From an uncultured Spirochaetota bacterium (GTDB lineage Bacteria; Spirochaetota; Brevinematia; Brevinematales; JAOACQ01): a DNA stretch of 64,000 nt. Positions 19,802 through 29,112 of the stretch are shown here, piece after piece. Position numbers and translations under genes: made by a program. Positions within the stretch are counted from its first letter, which is position 1. Every line of letters begins with the position of its first letter. The notes under the pieces are model-generated. The model saw only the letters and a program-made list of their open reading frames with translations. It ran no database searches and was not told the origin of the DNA. Where the stretch lies: positions 96,001 through 160,000 of the forward strand of contig CAWAOD010000009.1 of assembly GCA_963783575.1 (NCBI GenBank), in the 5' to 3' direction.

Positions 19802-21546
19802 GCAATCATTTCACCGTAACTATATGTCCCGGCAGTAAGTTCAGTCATCATAAATTCAAGCCTTTCTATCGATTTCTCTATTCCTTCCGGATTCATATCC
19901 CTGACCGATAAGTCTATCATATAAATAATCTCATCGATTTCTTCCTGGATTAAACCTTTTTTATAAGCAGGAGGAATGGAGTTGGCAATTTTTGTTATAA
20001 TGCTTTCGGCCCTTGTTTTAAGTTTCAAGACGGAATTAAGATTGCCGCGGAGTTTTATTTCACCCTCGTATCTTTTCATATGCTCCTGCTGAATCTTTAA
20101 AAGCTCTTCTTCGGACATTCTGGACTGTTCAACGATCGTTATTCCCTGCACATTTTGAGTATCCACATCCATTGCACTGACATTCAAAATACCGTTCACA
20201 TCCAGTTCAAAGTTTACTTCAATCCTGGGATCACCCTTTTCGGTATTCCTGATTCCCTCAAGGCGGAATTTACCAAGCGATACATTGTTCTTACAGTACA
20301 TACTTTCGCCCTGCATTATATGGATATCTACACTTTTCTGGCCACTGACGACAGTAGTAAAAATCCTTTTTGCCGAAGTTGGAATAGGGCTGTTTCTCTC
20401 AATAATGGGAACAAAATAACCGCTTTCGACCTCTATGCCAAGTGATATCGGATTAACATCAACCAAAACCACCCCGCTAACATCTCCCTGAACAATACCG
20501 CCCTGTAATGCAGCACCCCTCGCTACTACTTCATCCGGATTTATTGAACAATCAGGGCTTTTACCGAAAAGCTTCCCAACACTTTCCCTAACCATCGGTA
20601 TTCTGGACGATCCTCCGACCAGAATAACCCTGTCGATTTCATTGATATTAAAGTCGGCATCCGAAACCGCCTGTCTGCATAAATCTATGCTTCTCTGGAT
20701 ATAATCAGCTATCATTGATTCAAATTCCGGTCTTGTTAACTCAAAATCAATGTTTTTAGGTCCATTCTGATCCGCTGTAATAAAAGGCACCTTGATCCTC
20801 GCAGATTTTTCAGAAGAAAGTTCGATTTTTGCTTTTTCAACCGCATCATAAATTTTCACAATGGCAAGAGGGTCCTCATTCAGATCGATGCCGGTTTCAT
20901 CCTTAAACCTTCCTATAACAGAATCCATAATCCGCTTATTAAAATCCTCTCCGCCGAGATTATTATCTCCGGCAGTTGAAATCACTTCAAATATTCCATC
21001 GGCGACATTCAGTACCGAAACATCAAGCGTTCCCCCGCCAAGATCATAAATAACAATATTCAGGTCTTCCTGAGAATTTACAACATATGCCAGGGATGCC
21101 GCAGTAGGTTCGTTGATTATCCTGAGGACATTCAATCCCGCAAGCTTACCGGCGTTTTTTGTGGCCTGCCTTTGATTATCATTGAAATAAGCCGGCACGG
21201 TAATTATGGCATCTTTGACTTTCTCCCCGAGGAATTCTTCCGCCTGGTCTTTTAATTTTTTAAGTATGAATGATGAAATTTCTTCCGGTGAATATTCCTT
21301 GTCATTTATTTTGACTTTAAAATCGGTCCCCATCTTTCTCTTAATCCTTTTAACTGTAAATTCGGGATTGGTATATTCCAGGCTTCTTGCCGCTTCTCCC
21401 GCAAGGATAACATCATCAGCAAAAGAAACTACTGAAGGCATAGTTCTTTTTCCGTTTTTATCAGGTATAATTTCCGCATCTTCTTTATTCAAGTAAGCGA
21501 CAGCAGAATAAGTTGTTCCCAGGTCAATACCGATTACTTTTCCCAT
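19798..21546 (-). CDS. Hsp70/DnaK paralogue
   Basis: GIDLGTT, TVPAYFND, IINEPTAA, DLGGGT, LVGGSSRIP; 582 aa with a divergent lid. Confidence 0.93.
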   Translation of the reverse strand: MGKVIGIDLGTTYSAVAYLNKEDAEIIPDKNGKRTMPSVVSFADDVILAGEAARSLEYTNPEFTVKRIKRKMGTDFKVKINDKEYSPEEISSFILKKLKDQAEEFLGEKVKDAIITVPAYFNDNQRQATKNAGKLAGLNVLRIINEPTAASLAYVVNSQEDLNIVIYDLGGGTLDVSVLNVADGIFEVISTAGDNNLGGEDFNKRIMDSVIGRFKDETGIDLNEDPLAIVKIYDAVEKAKIELSSEKSARIKVPFITADQNGPKNIDFELTRPEFESMIADYIQRSIDLCRQAVSDADFNINEIDRVILVGGSSRIPMVRESVGKLFGKSPDCSINPDEVVARGAALQGGIVQGDVSGVVLVDVNPISLGIEVESGYFVPIIERNSPIPTSAKRIFTTVVSGQKSVDIHIMQGESMYCKNNVSLGKFRLEGIRNTEKGDPRIEVNFELDVNGILNVSAMDVDTQNVQGITIVEQSRMSEEELLKIQQEHMKRYEGEIKLRGNLNSVLKLKTRAESIITKIANSIPPAYKKGLIQEEIDEIIYMIDLSVRDMNPEGIEKSIERLEFMMTELTAGTYSYGEMIA

Positions 21547-21764
21547 AGTATCCCTCCGACATTACATTACATCATATTTTTCGGATTTTTACCCTCATTA
21601 GTTAAGCGTCGGTAATTTGATTATTGAACACAATAAAACGGCTGGCACACTAATTGATGCATTTCAATAGTTTATATTTAATTATTTTAGTAGGAGTTTA
21701 TCCGGCATTAATTTCTAGTGATTCCTTAACAGCCTAAAATAGAAAAATAGTTTTCAAAAAATAA

Positions 21765-21818
21765 TTGACACTTAAAAGATAATATATTATAATTAGTTAT
21801 ATCGGGATGTGACTATAT
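21765..21818 (+). promoter_or_regulatory. sigma70 promoter and operator of the ArsR gene
   Basis: TTGACA-N17-TATAAT followed by TAGTTATATCGGGATGTGACTA. Confidence 0.75.
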
Positions 21819-22116
21819 GACAAAAAATTTATTTCCTCAAAATATTTCAGACTTTTTTAAGGCGCTTGGAAACGATAAGAGGCAGGAAATTTTATTGACT
21901 TTGTTTGCTGATTATGGTGAGCATAATATAAATGAAGTTTCAAAAAGAGTCCAAATAGCACAATCAACAGCCTCAGAGCATCTATCCTTTCTTAAAAGAG
22001 CGGGAATATTGGTTTCCAGAAAGGTCAATAAAGAGGTTTTTTACAAAGTGAATACAGAAGGCATAATTAAGATGCTTGATGAAATAAAATCAATTTTAAA
22101 CTGCTGTATGCCATAA
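21817..22116 (+). CDS. ArsR/SmtB transcriptional repressor
   Basis: FKALGNDKRQEIL...QSTASEHLSFLKRAG; C-terminal CC. Confidence 0.93.
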   Translation: MTKNLFPQNISDFFKALGNDKRQEILLTLFADYGEHNINEVSKRVQIAQSTASEHLSFLKRAGILVSRKVNKEVFYKVNTEGIIKMLDEIKSILNCCMP

Positions 22117-22185
22117 TATTTTTTTTAACAATTTATCGTTATATCCCGATATAACTATTTATTATAAAAGCCAGGAGAAATATTT

Positions 22186-23037
22186 ATGGGAAAGAAAATA
22201 TTTTTGAAAGTTGTAATATCAGTCTTGAGCATAATGTTTTTTATACACGCAATCAGCATTGCTATGGGTATTAAATTTGCAACAGGACCGCTTCAAAAGA
22301 GAAAACTATTGGTAAAGGATGGGGAATTTTTGAAGTATAAATGGAATTTTGGAACCGAAAAATCGGACGACGACTATTTTGTATACAGGACCGACAATAT
22401 TTCCAACACACTCACCCTTTATTGGTTTTGTAAGGATGTAAAGGGCAAGGTTGTTGTCCCGGATCATTATACAAACTATAACAGGCGTGTAAAGGTATCT
22501 TTGGATAAGGCTTCCATTCTGTATTTTACACGCGATAATACAAAAGAAACTATTGCCAATAATGAAAAGGGAGTGATTGCAGAAAGTCTTAACATTGACT
22601 ATAGTACTGGTGAGGCTGAATATTTGAGCAAATCCTGGGATGGAAACCAGACGACTTGTCAAAAGACAAGAGTGAAAATAAAACCGGATTATCCCGTTTG
22701 GGAGTTAAGTTCTATTGCATTTGTGGCAAGCCGTTTTATGGATATCAAAAAACCGGGAGTTCTTTTACTAGTACAGCCTGGAATCATAAAAGAAGCTGTA
22801 CCGGTTTCTTTTATTTATAAAGGAAAGGAAGATATAACAACCATTGCCGGAAAATTCCACACTTTGAAATATAATTTTCAAATTGCAGATCCTTTTATGG
22901 GTAAGCTGTTGGAAAATTATGTAAAGTATTCCTCAATCTGGATAGAGGATTCTGAAAGGGCGCTGCTGATTAAAGTAACTTATCCCGGTGCTACGAGTGA
23001 AATTGAAGAGATCGGAATATGGAAGGACGCAAAATAA
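22186..23037 (+). CDS. Exported hypothetical protein (DUF3108-like beta fold)
   Basis: N-terminal signal/TM; GKEDITTIAGKFHT...IWI pattern. Confidence 0.55.
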   Translation: MGKKIFLKVVISVLSIMFFIHAISIAMGIKFATGPLQKRKLLVKDGEFLKYKWNFGTEKSDDDYFVYRTDNISNTLTLYWFCKDVKGKVVVPDHYTNYNRRVKVSLDKASILYFTRDNTKETIANNEKGVIAESLNIDYSTGEAEYLSKSWDGNQTTCQKTRVKIKPDYPVWELSSIAFVASRFMDIKKPGVLLLVQPGIIKEAVPVSFIYKGKEDITTIAGKFHTLKYNFQIADPFMGKLLENYVKYSSIWIEDSERALLIKVTYPGATSEIEEIGIWKDAK

Positions 23038-23079
23038 GAACAGTTTATTACTTTATGCATTGATCATCACTATTATAAT

Positions 23080-23877
23080 TTACTTTAAAAGCATTATTAA
23101 ACCAAAGCCGACAACCAGAACGATAAAAATAATGCCGTAGACCTTCTCCAGAGTCTGAACATTTATCTTGGCTAATATCCTTGGCCCAAGAAACCCGCCG
23201 ATTACCGAGCCGCTTCCGAGTAGCAACAGCAACATAAGATTGAATTGGCCGACTATCAAATGCCCGGCAAGGCCGGAAACTGCATTAAAAAAAACCACCA
23301 ATACCGATGTTCCTACTACAGCAGTTACCGGTAAACCCAAAATATACAATCCGGCTACAATAGATGCCGTTCCACTTGTCCCAAACAGGCCTGCCATAAT
23401 TCCGGATAATATTCCAAAAAATGAGCATAATGCAATTCTTGAACCTGAAAGCGGTTTTGAAACTTTTTTCCCGCTACTAAGATTATTAAGCCTGTTTTTA
23501 CTTGTGAGAATCATTGGGATGGTCAAAGCTAAAGCATAGATTCCAAAAAGTTTCTGTAAAATAACTGCCGGGACAAGATGCGATATATATGCGCCCGCAA
23601 GTGCTCCAGCAAGCCCTGCTATCCCGAAAATAACACCTATCGGCATATTAATATTACCCTTGCGGTAGTGTTCAATAGATCCGACAATTACGGTGGGGAT
23701 AGTCGCAGCAAGAGAAGTAGAAACTGCAAGTTGTGGCGGTACATGAAATAAAAGAATCAATATCGGAACATAAAAAAAGCCTCCGCCTCCGCCGAATATA
23801 GTTACCAGAAGACCGATAGCAAGGCCGACTAATGGCAGCCAGAGATAACTTGAATTATAGGTTAAGTTCATTATCAT
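23080..23877 (-). CDS. TauE/SafE (TSUP) sulfite exporter family
   Basis: FGGGGGFFYVP, AVSTSLA, AVVGTS; multiple TM helices. Confidence 0.92.
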   Translation of the reverse strand: MIMNLTYNSSYLWLPLVGLAIGLLVTIFGGGGGFFYVPILILLFHVPPQLAVSTSLAATIPTVIVGSIEHYRKGNINMPIGVIFGIAGLAGALAGAYISHLVPAVILQKLFGIYALALTIPMILTSKNRLNNLSSGKKVSKPLSGSRIALCSFFGILSGIMAGLFGTSGTASIVAGLYILGLPVTAVVGTSVLVVFFNAVSGLAGHLIVGQFNLMLLLLLGSGSVIGGFLGPRILAKINVQTLEKVYGIIFIVLVVGFGLIMLLK

Positions 23878-24395
23878 TATGTGTAAGCCTCTTTATCTTT
23901 ACTTTCAATAGTTTTTATATCGCTTATTGCATTACTATGTATTTTGTTTATTATTGCATTTAATCCCCGCTGAAACAGGGAAAAGTCTTCCTTTGAAATC
24001 TTTTGTAGCCATATTCCAAAGAAATTTTCCCATCCAAGGAGTTTTTTAATAATTTCTTCACCCGCCGGCAAGAGCCGAACTATAACACGCCGACGATCTA
24101 ACGGATCTTCGCTGCGGTCAACTAACCCTTCATGTACCAGCTTATCAACGAGATGACTGGCTGTAGGTTCGCCAATCCTGAGTTGTTTGGCGATTTTTAT
24201 TACTGAAGATGTTTTATTGTGGGCGATTATAAATACTGTTCTCAATTGAGGCAGTGTTAGTTGAAGATCCAACCAGGCCGGTACTGAAGCCGTTAGGATA
24301 TCATGTAGTAAAACCCGGAGCAGTTCAATAACATCAGACACCTGGGAATTGTCGAACGGTAATTTTTCTTGTCTTTTCATAAATAAATTCTCCAT
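23877..24395 (-). CDS. MarR family regulator
   Basis: LTLPQLR...PTASHLVDKLV..GLVDR.EDPLDRR. Confidence 0.93.
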   Translation of the reverse strand: MENLFMKRQEKLPFDNSQVSDVIELLRVLLHDILTASVPAWLDLQLTLPQLRTVFIIAHNKTSSVIKIAKQLRIGEPTASHLVDKLVHEGLVDRSEDPLDRRRVIVRLLPAGEEIIKKLLGWENFFGIWLQKISKEDFSLFQRGLNAIINKIHSNAISDIKTIESKDKEAYT

Positions 24396-24400
24396 AAATC

Positions 24401-24453
24401 AGTTCGATATCATCGATATATTTTATGATAACGAACTATCCTTAAATTGTCAA
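24401..24453 (-). promoter_or_regulatory. marR promoter with inverted-repeat operator
   Basis: TTGACA-N17-TATCAT; AGTTCGATATCAT-N11-ATGATAACGAACT (one mismatch) overlaps the -10. Confidence 0.72.
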
Positions 24454-24549
24454 GCAATATTTGTAAGTCCGGCAGTATCGATGTAATTCATTAGCTTGGA
24501 GAAAGGCAAACGGCATAGAACTGTGGGATCAATTGATCCACTGATACTA

Positions 24550-25374
24550 CTAATTTAAAGCTAAAATATTTTTAATATTTAATTCAAAAACATGCTCTTT
24601 AACATTTTCAGATAGATTTAATTGATCTATCTTTTTTAATTGTTCTCCGATTTTTTCAAAAGGCATATCTGAGCCAAAAACCACATGCTCAAAGCCAAAT
24701 AAGTTTATAGCTTCTTGAATATTTTTTCCTTGACTCACATAACCGCCGGATGTATCAAAATAAATATTTTTAAGATAGCTTATATGTTCATAAAATATTT
24801 TTATTCCTAATAAATGTGCCACAATAAATGTCACATCCTGGTTATTTTTTATGAATTGAACAAAGTGATGAGTTTCTTTCTTTGAATACAAATGTATAAA
24901 TATTGGCAAATGATATGATTTAGCTACTTCAACTAATTTATTGAATTCAGGGCTTTCTATTTTAAAAGGATTCCATGCTTGATGAAGTTTTATTCCTTTC
25001 ACATTATAATTTCTAATATTTCTTTCAATATTGTTCATATGTTCAAAATCAATTGGATTAACCCATAAGAATTGAATTAAAATCTTAGAAATTTTTGATA
25101 AATCAAATTTATTTGATAAATCAAATACGAATTTATTGCCATCACCATTATCTTTTATTAAATTTCGATAAGCAAATCTATTTATTTTATTAAGAAAATA
25201 ATTGCTATCCGGAGTTTTTCTAACCGGTAATTTAGGTGCATCCGGTAAGTTTAAATTATTCTTAATGCTTGGGCAAATTAATATTTTTTCTATACTATAT
25301 TTTTTTACTATCTCCAATATAGAGTTAATATCTGCATATTCTCTTGCTGCATGGGCATGCGCATCAATAATCAT
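24550..25374 (-). CDS. Amidohydrolase_2 family protein
   Basis: IIDAHAH, GIKLH, IVAH, YFDTS, VFGSDMP. Confidence 0.9.
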   Translation of the reverse strand: MIIDAHAHAAREYADINSILEIVKKYSIEKILICPSIKNNLNLPDAPKLPVRKTPDSNYFLNKINRFAYRNLIKDNGDGNKFVFDLSNKFDLSKISKILIQFLWVNPIDFEHMNNIERNIRNYNVKGIKLHQAWNPFKIESPEFNKLVEVAKSYHLPIFIHLYSKKETHHFVQFIKNNQDVTFIVAHLLGIKIFYEHISYLKNIYFDTSGGYVSQGKNIQEAINLFGFEHVVFGSDMPFEKIGEQLKKIDQLNLSENVKEHVFELNIKNILALN

Positions 25375-25397
25375 TTAATATACTCCTTTAAAACAAT

Positions 25398-25546
25398 TTG
25401 CATAAGGCTATACTGCATTTGTAAAGCTTAGCGCCTCACCTTTTTGAGAGCCAGAGCTTTACAACCGATTCCAATTTAAACTCCTTTCTCTTTTTATAAA
25501 ATCTTAAACGGGCGAACCCATTTGTTCAATTCTGGCCGATGCTCAT
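25398..25546. repeat. Degenerate attC-like intergenic repeat, copy B
   Basis: CATTTGTAAAGCTTAGCGCC hairpin plus CTCCTTTCTCTTTTTAT...AAACGGGCGAACCC, shared with the 28.9 and 32.3 kb copies. Confidence 0.65.
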
Positions 25547-25547
25547 A

Positions 25548-26045
25548 TTATATATTTAGATCTTCTATTTTAGCAATATTTTGTGTTATTATTGGTTTAA
25601 AACCTAATGCTTTCCACGTTTTTTCAGCTTCAGAATTATTTATGACATAATTTAAAGTAAAAGAATTAATCTGTCTATAATACACTACAATTTCCTTCAA
25701 AAGTGATTTACATATACCTTGTTTTCTATATTCAGAATCAACCCATACATCATCAATTTTTACTGATTTATCTATTGTAAAATTATCATGCTTATTCAAA
25801 TATGCTGTTATCATTCCAACAATTTTATTATTTTTTAAATTTATAGCAATTAGTATTCTAACATTACCATCTTCCAATTAATTTTTAAAATACACATTTA
25901 AATTATTTCTCCATTCAGGAGTATATTTTAAAATATTATCATTAGAATTCTCCATGTGATTTTGTAACAAAAGACGCATTCTAACTAAATCAGGAATATG
26001 ATCAATATCAGCATTAATAATTTTAAATTTAATATTCATATTCAT
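25548..26045 (-). pseudogene. GNAT acetyltransferase with an in-frame TAA
   Basis: MNMNIKFKIINADIDHIPDL...YFKN*LEDGNV...WVDSEYRKQGIC; stop at 25878-25880. Confidence 0.75.
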
Positions 26046-26087
26046 TATTCACTCCCCCTCTTTAATAAATAGATACATATATTATGC

Positions 26088-26115
26088 GTACAACGCTGTT
26101 TTATATACGAAGTCC
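26088..26115. repeat. attC-like core-site remnant
   Basis: GTACAAC...TATATACGAAGT; same motif as 33767-33789. Confidence 0.5.
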
Positions 26116-26213
26116 ATGATCGTTTTTATTTATAATTTTAATTTCGCCACAATCTATTTTCATATTCAATATCAAAAACTGGGGAATTTGCAGTTATATA
26201 TTTTAACACTGTT

Positions 26214-26405
26214 TTACCTTATTATTCCATGTTCAGAATTAGAAGGAATATAAATAGCATCACCTGTCTTAACTTTTTGCTTTTCATTGTCAACCGTCAT
26301 TAAACCTTCACCTTTAATTATAATGTGACATTGTTCTGGTAAATGCTTATGTAGAGGTTGTTCTTTTCCTGATAAATTTTCACGGTCCGACCTCAAGACA
26401 AACAT
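26214..26405 (-). pseudogene. Cupin domain fragment
   Basis: HKH.PEQCHIIIKGEG...GDAIYIPSNSEHG; N-terminus missing. Confidence 0.7.
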
Positions 26406-27717
26406 AACACATATGACACTAGAACATGGTAAAACTTTTTATTTTAAAAACATTGTTTCATTATAGAACTAAACATAAAAGTTTTCAAATCAATTTGATC
26501 CTAAGGTTCTTTTCAAACTAGGCCTCAAAGCCTGCTTTGAAACCTTAGAGAACATTGGTGATAAAAATTCGACTATCTGGAAAAAGACAAAGTCAGATAT
26601 AATAATAAGATAATGGGCTTTAAGTAAAACCAATGCACATTAGGTAAATAAAATTTTTTGGAATTGGATGGAAAGGAAAATAACCATTTAAACTAGACTT
26701 TTTCTACAAGGCCGTAAAATGAAGTGCAAAATGCCAGTCTATTTATATTCGTATGGAATATAAAATTGTTTTAAATCGCTAATCATATTTATTTCAACAT
26801 CTTTATTATAAATAGCACAAAATCGGTCTTTCATCGCTTTATGGTCATCAGATTTGCATTGTATAAACACTTGTTTTAATGAAGGCAATTTTGATAAAAT
26901 ATCTTTATCAACTAATCTATTAAAAAAAGGAAAAGAATAACCAATAACAACCAATATTTCTGTTTTATTAATACAGCCTTCAATTTGCGGGTATATAATC
27001 TTTTTATAAATATTGTCTTCCCAGGCATAATTTATGTGAGGAGTAATTTTAGTTCGTTTTTGATTATAAAAACTATATAAATATAGTATTTCTGTAACAA
27101 TGCTTGAAACTTCAACATTTCTATAATTTAGTGAATATCGATCTAAATATTTATTATCATCATAAACTTCACAAATACCATTTAAATGTATTATTGAAAA
27201 TTTATTACAATTAATTTCAATTTTATAATCTCTTGATATAGGAATTGATTGAAGTTTAAAGTATTGCTCCTGGGTAATTAAATTTGAATAAAAATTAGCA
27301 AACGATTTTTCAAATTGAGTATCATAATTCCATGTTAATATTCTTATGTTATCTGGTAGTATAATTTCATTATTTTCTTTATTTAAGATTGAAGCAAAAA
27401 ATAAATCATAGCGATAATCTAAACGTTCTATTTCTTGTTGTCCAATTATAAAACATGATAATATGGACTTTAGCTTTGCGAGTTCATTTGGCTTATTATT
27501 TAAAAATAGTTTTTTAGCAAATGTATCAATAGAAAAATGTTTTTTTGATTCATTAATTAACCATTCTAAATCATTGATGAACATTTTTTTTACTGTACGA
27601 GCTGTTATATTTTCATAAAATATTTCATCTTCATTAATTACTGTTGAATTAACTATTTTTAAAAACTCAGTCATTAAAGATGGAAAATTTTCGACAAGTG
27701 GAAGTGTATTACAACTA

Positions 27718-28850
27718 GTGCTTAATTGCGTAAGTTAACGATAGTATTTCTTAATTGAGAACCTTTCACTTCCCGTTTTCTCCACACAAAAGGTTTTGCG
27801 GTTTCAGTGTATGCTTTAACAAATGCATCTATTGCTTCTCTCAATTCTTCCGTGTTTTTAAAACTGGCGCCTCTAAGAGCTTTTCGGCTCATAATACCAA
27901 ACCATATTTCCACCTGATTTAACCAACTTGCCGAAGTAGGCGTGTAATGAAAAAAAACATTCTTATTCCGGGATAACCATTCATCGTTCTTTTTGTGAAT
28001 ACAATAATTGTCTAAAATTACATGAATTTCTTTATCTTTTGAAACATCTACCACCACTCTATCCATAAACTCAAGAAATTCAATACGTCTTTTGTATTCA
28101 GTAGTTTGGGTGTGTATTAACCCTGTAGCTACTTCCAGCGCAGCAAATAGGTTCAGCGTTCCATTTCTTTTATATGTACTTTTGTATCCTCTTACAATTT
28201 TTCCATTATCCGTCTCTACATAGCCGGTTGTCCTTTCCAACGCTTGAATACCAGGTTTTTCGTCTACAGATATAACCAATGCATTCATCGGCGGATTTAA
28301 ATACAACCCAATAATATTTGTGGCTTTTGTCGAAAATTCAGGATCAGTGCTGACACACCAACTTCGCTGTCGGGATAAGCAAATTCCTTCTTTTCTTAAA
28401 ACCCTCCATACCGCATGCGTTGATGTGTTTAAATGTTTTGCTAAAGCCGGACCATCCCAAATTGCCTGCCCGATAGGCGGTGTTTTTTCCAGAGTTTCTA
28501 AAACTTTGTCCCTGAAATTCTGCCCATATATTTTTGGCTTTCCTGACCTGGGCAGATCATACAATCCATCAATTCCTTTTTGCTGAAATCTTTTTTTCCA
28601 ATCAATAACCGTATTTGGTCTTATGTGAAGGTCAGCCGCAATCTCAGATACATTTTGTCCTTTCAGGCTATTGACAATTATTTTCGCCCTCTCTACAAGT
28701 CGCGCTTCCATAGTTCGGCTTCTCACCCAACTATCAAGAATAATTTCATCCGCTTTGGTGCATGTTATAACTTGCGTTTTCTTAGACATACAACCTCCTT
28801 TTTTATGTCTAAGATTATAATTAATAACGCTTATTATTGCAATTAAGCAC
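27718..28850 (-). mobile_element. IS630 family insertion sequence
   Basis: 12-bp terminal IR GTGCTTAATTGC/GCAATTAAGCAC; TA on both sides (27716-17 and 28851-52) in a CTAG context. Confidence 0.95.
27722..28789 (-). CDS. IS630 transposase
   Basis: HTH; SVDEK, ILDN, SWLNQVEIWF DDE motifs. Confidence 0.96.
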   Translation of the reverse strand: MSKKTQVITCTKADEIILDSWVRSRTMEARLVERAKIIVNSLKGQNVSEIAADLHIRPNTVIDWKKRFQQKGIDGLYDLPRSGKPKIYGQNFRDKVLETLEKTPPIGQAIWDGPALAKHLNTSTHAVWRVLRKEGICLSRQRSWCVSTDPEFSTKATNIIGLYLNPPMNALVISVDEKPGIQALERTTGYVETDNGKIVRGYKSTYKRNGTLNLFAALEVATGLIHTQTTEYKRRIEFLEFMDRVVVDVSKDKEIHVILDNYCIHKKNDEWLSRNKNVFFHYTPTSASWLNQVEIWFGIMSRKALRGASFKNTEELREAIDAFVKAYTETAKPFVWRKREVKGSQLRNTIVNLRN

Positions 28851-28908
28851 TAGCTCCAGCTCCAGTCAAAAAAGTAATATTCATAAAAAATCCAAATTTA
28901 TATAAAAA

Positions 28909-28997
28909 TTGAACCCCTTCCTCTTTTTACTAAAAACAAAAACGGGCGAACCCGAGGAGCTGGAAAAACTTTTTCTTCTTCTCCGTTTACGTCCTGA
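28909..28997. repeat. attC-like repeat copy C, left part (continues at 31560-31600 after the IS21)
   Basis: TTGAACCCCTTCCTCTTTTTAC...AACGGGCGAACCCGAGGAGC plus hairpin arm GCTGGAAAAACTTTT. Confidence 0.65.
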
Positions 28998-29112
28998 TGG
29001 AAATGATAAACTAATTTACCAGGGTAGCAATAAATGAAATTCCCATACCTGTCACAAACAGATTTCCCATAGAGAAGCTTGAAGATTACCTTTAATGAAA
29101 ATTCATTAAAGG

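Larger units (their letters stand above)
26739..28884 (-). pseudogene. SIR2-like (SIR2_2-type) protein gene interrupted by IS630
   Basis: Removing the IS restores MNITFLTGAGASCNTLPLVENFPSLMTEF...; also TWNYD, HLNG, VVIGYSF. Confidence 0.85.

Noticed and set aside
21643..21657. sigma54-like TGGCAC-N5-TTGA
   Set aside because: The -12 GC is imperfect and the downstream arsR has a perfect sigma70 promoter
26490..26725. Hairpin and IS-end-like sequence (GACTTTTTCTACAAGG)
   Set aside because: Possibly IS remnants, but no matching IR pair, TSD or transposase could be identified
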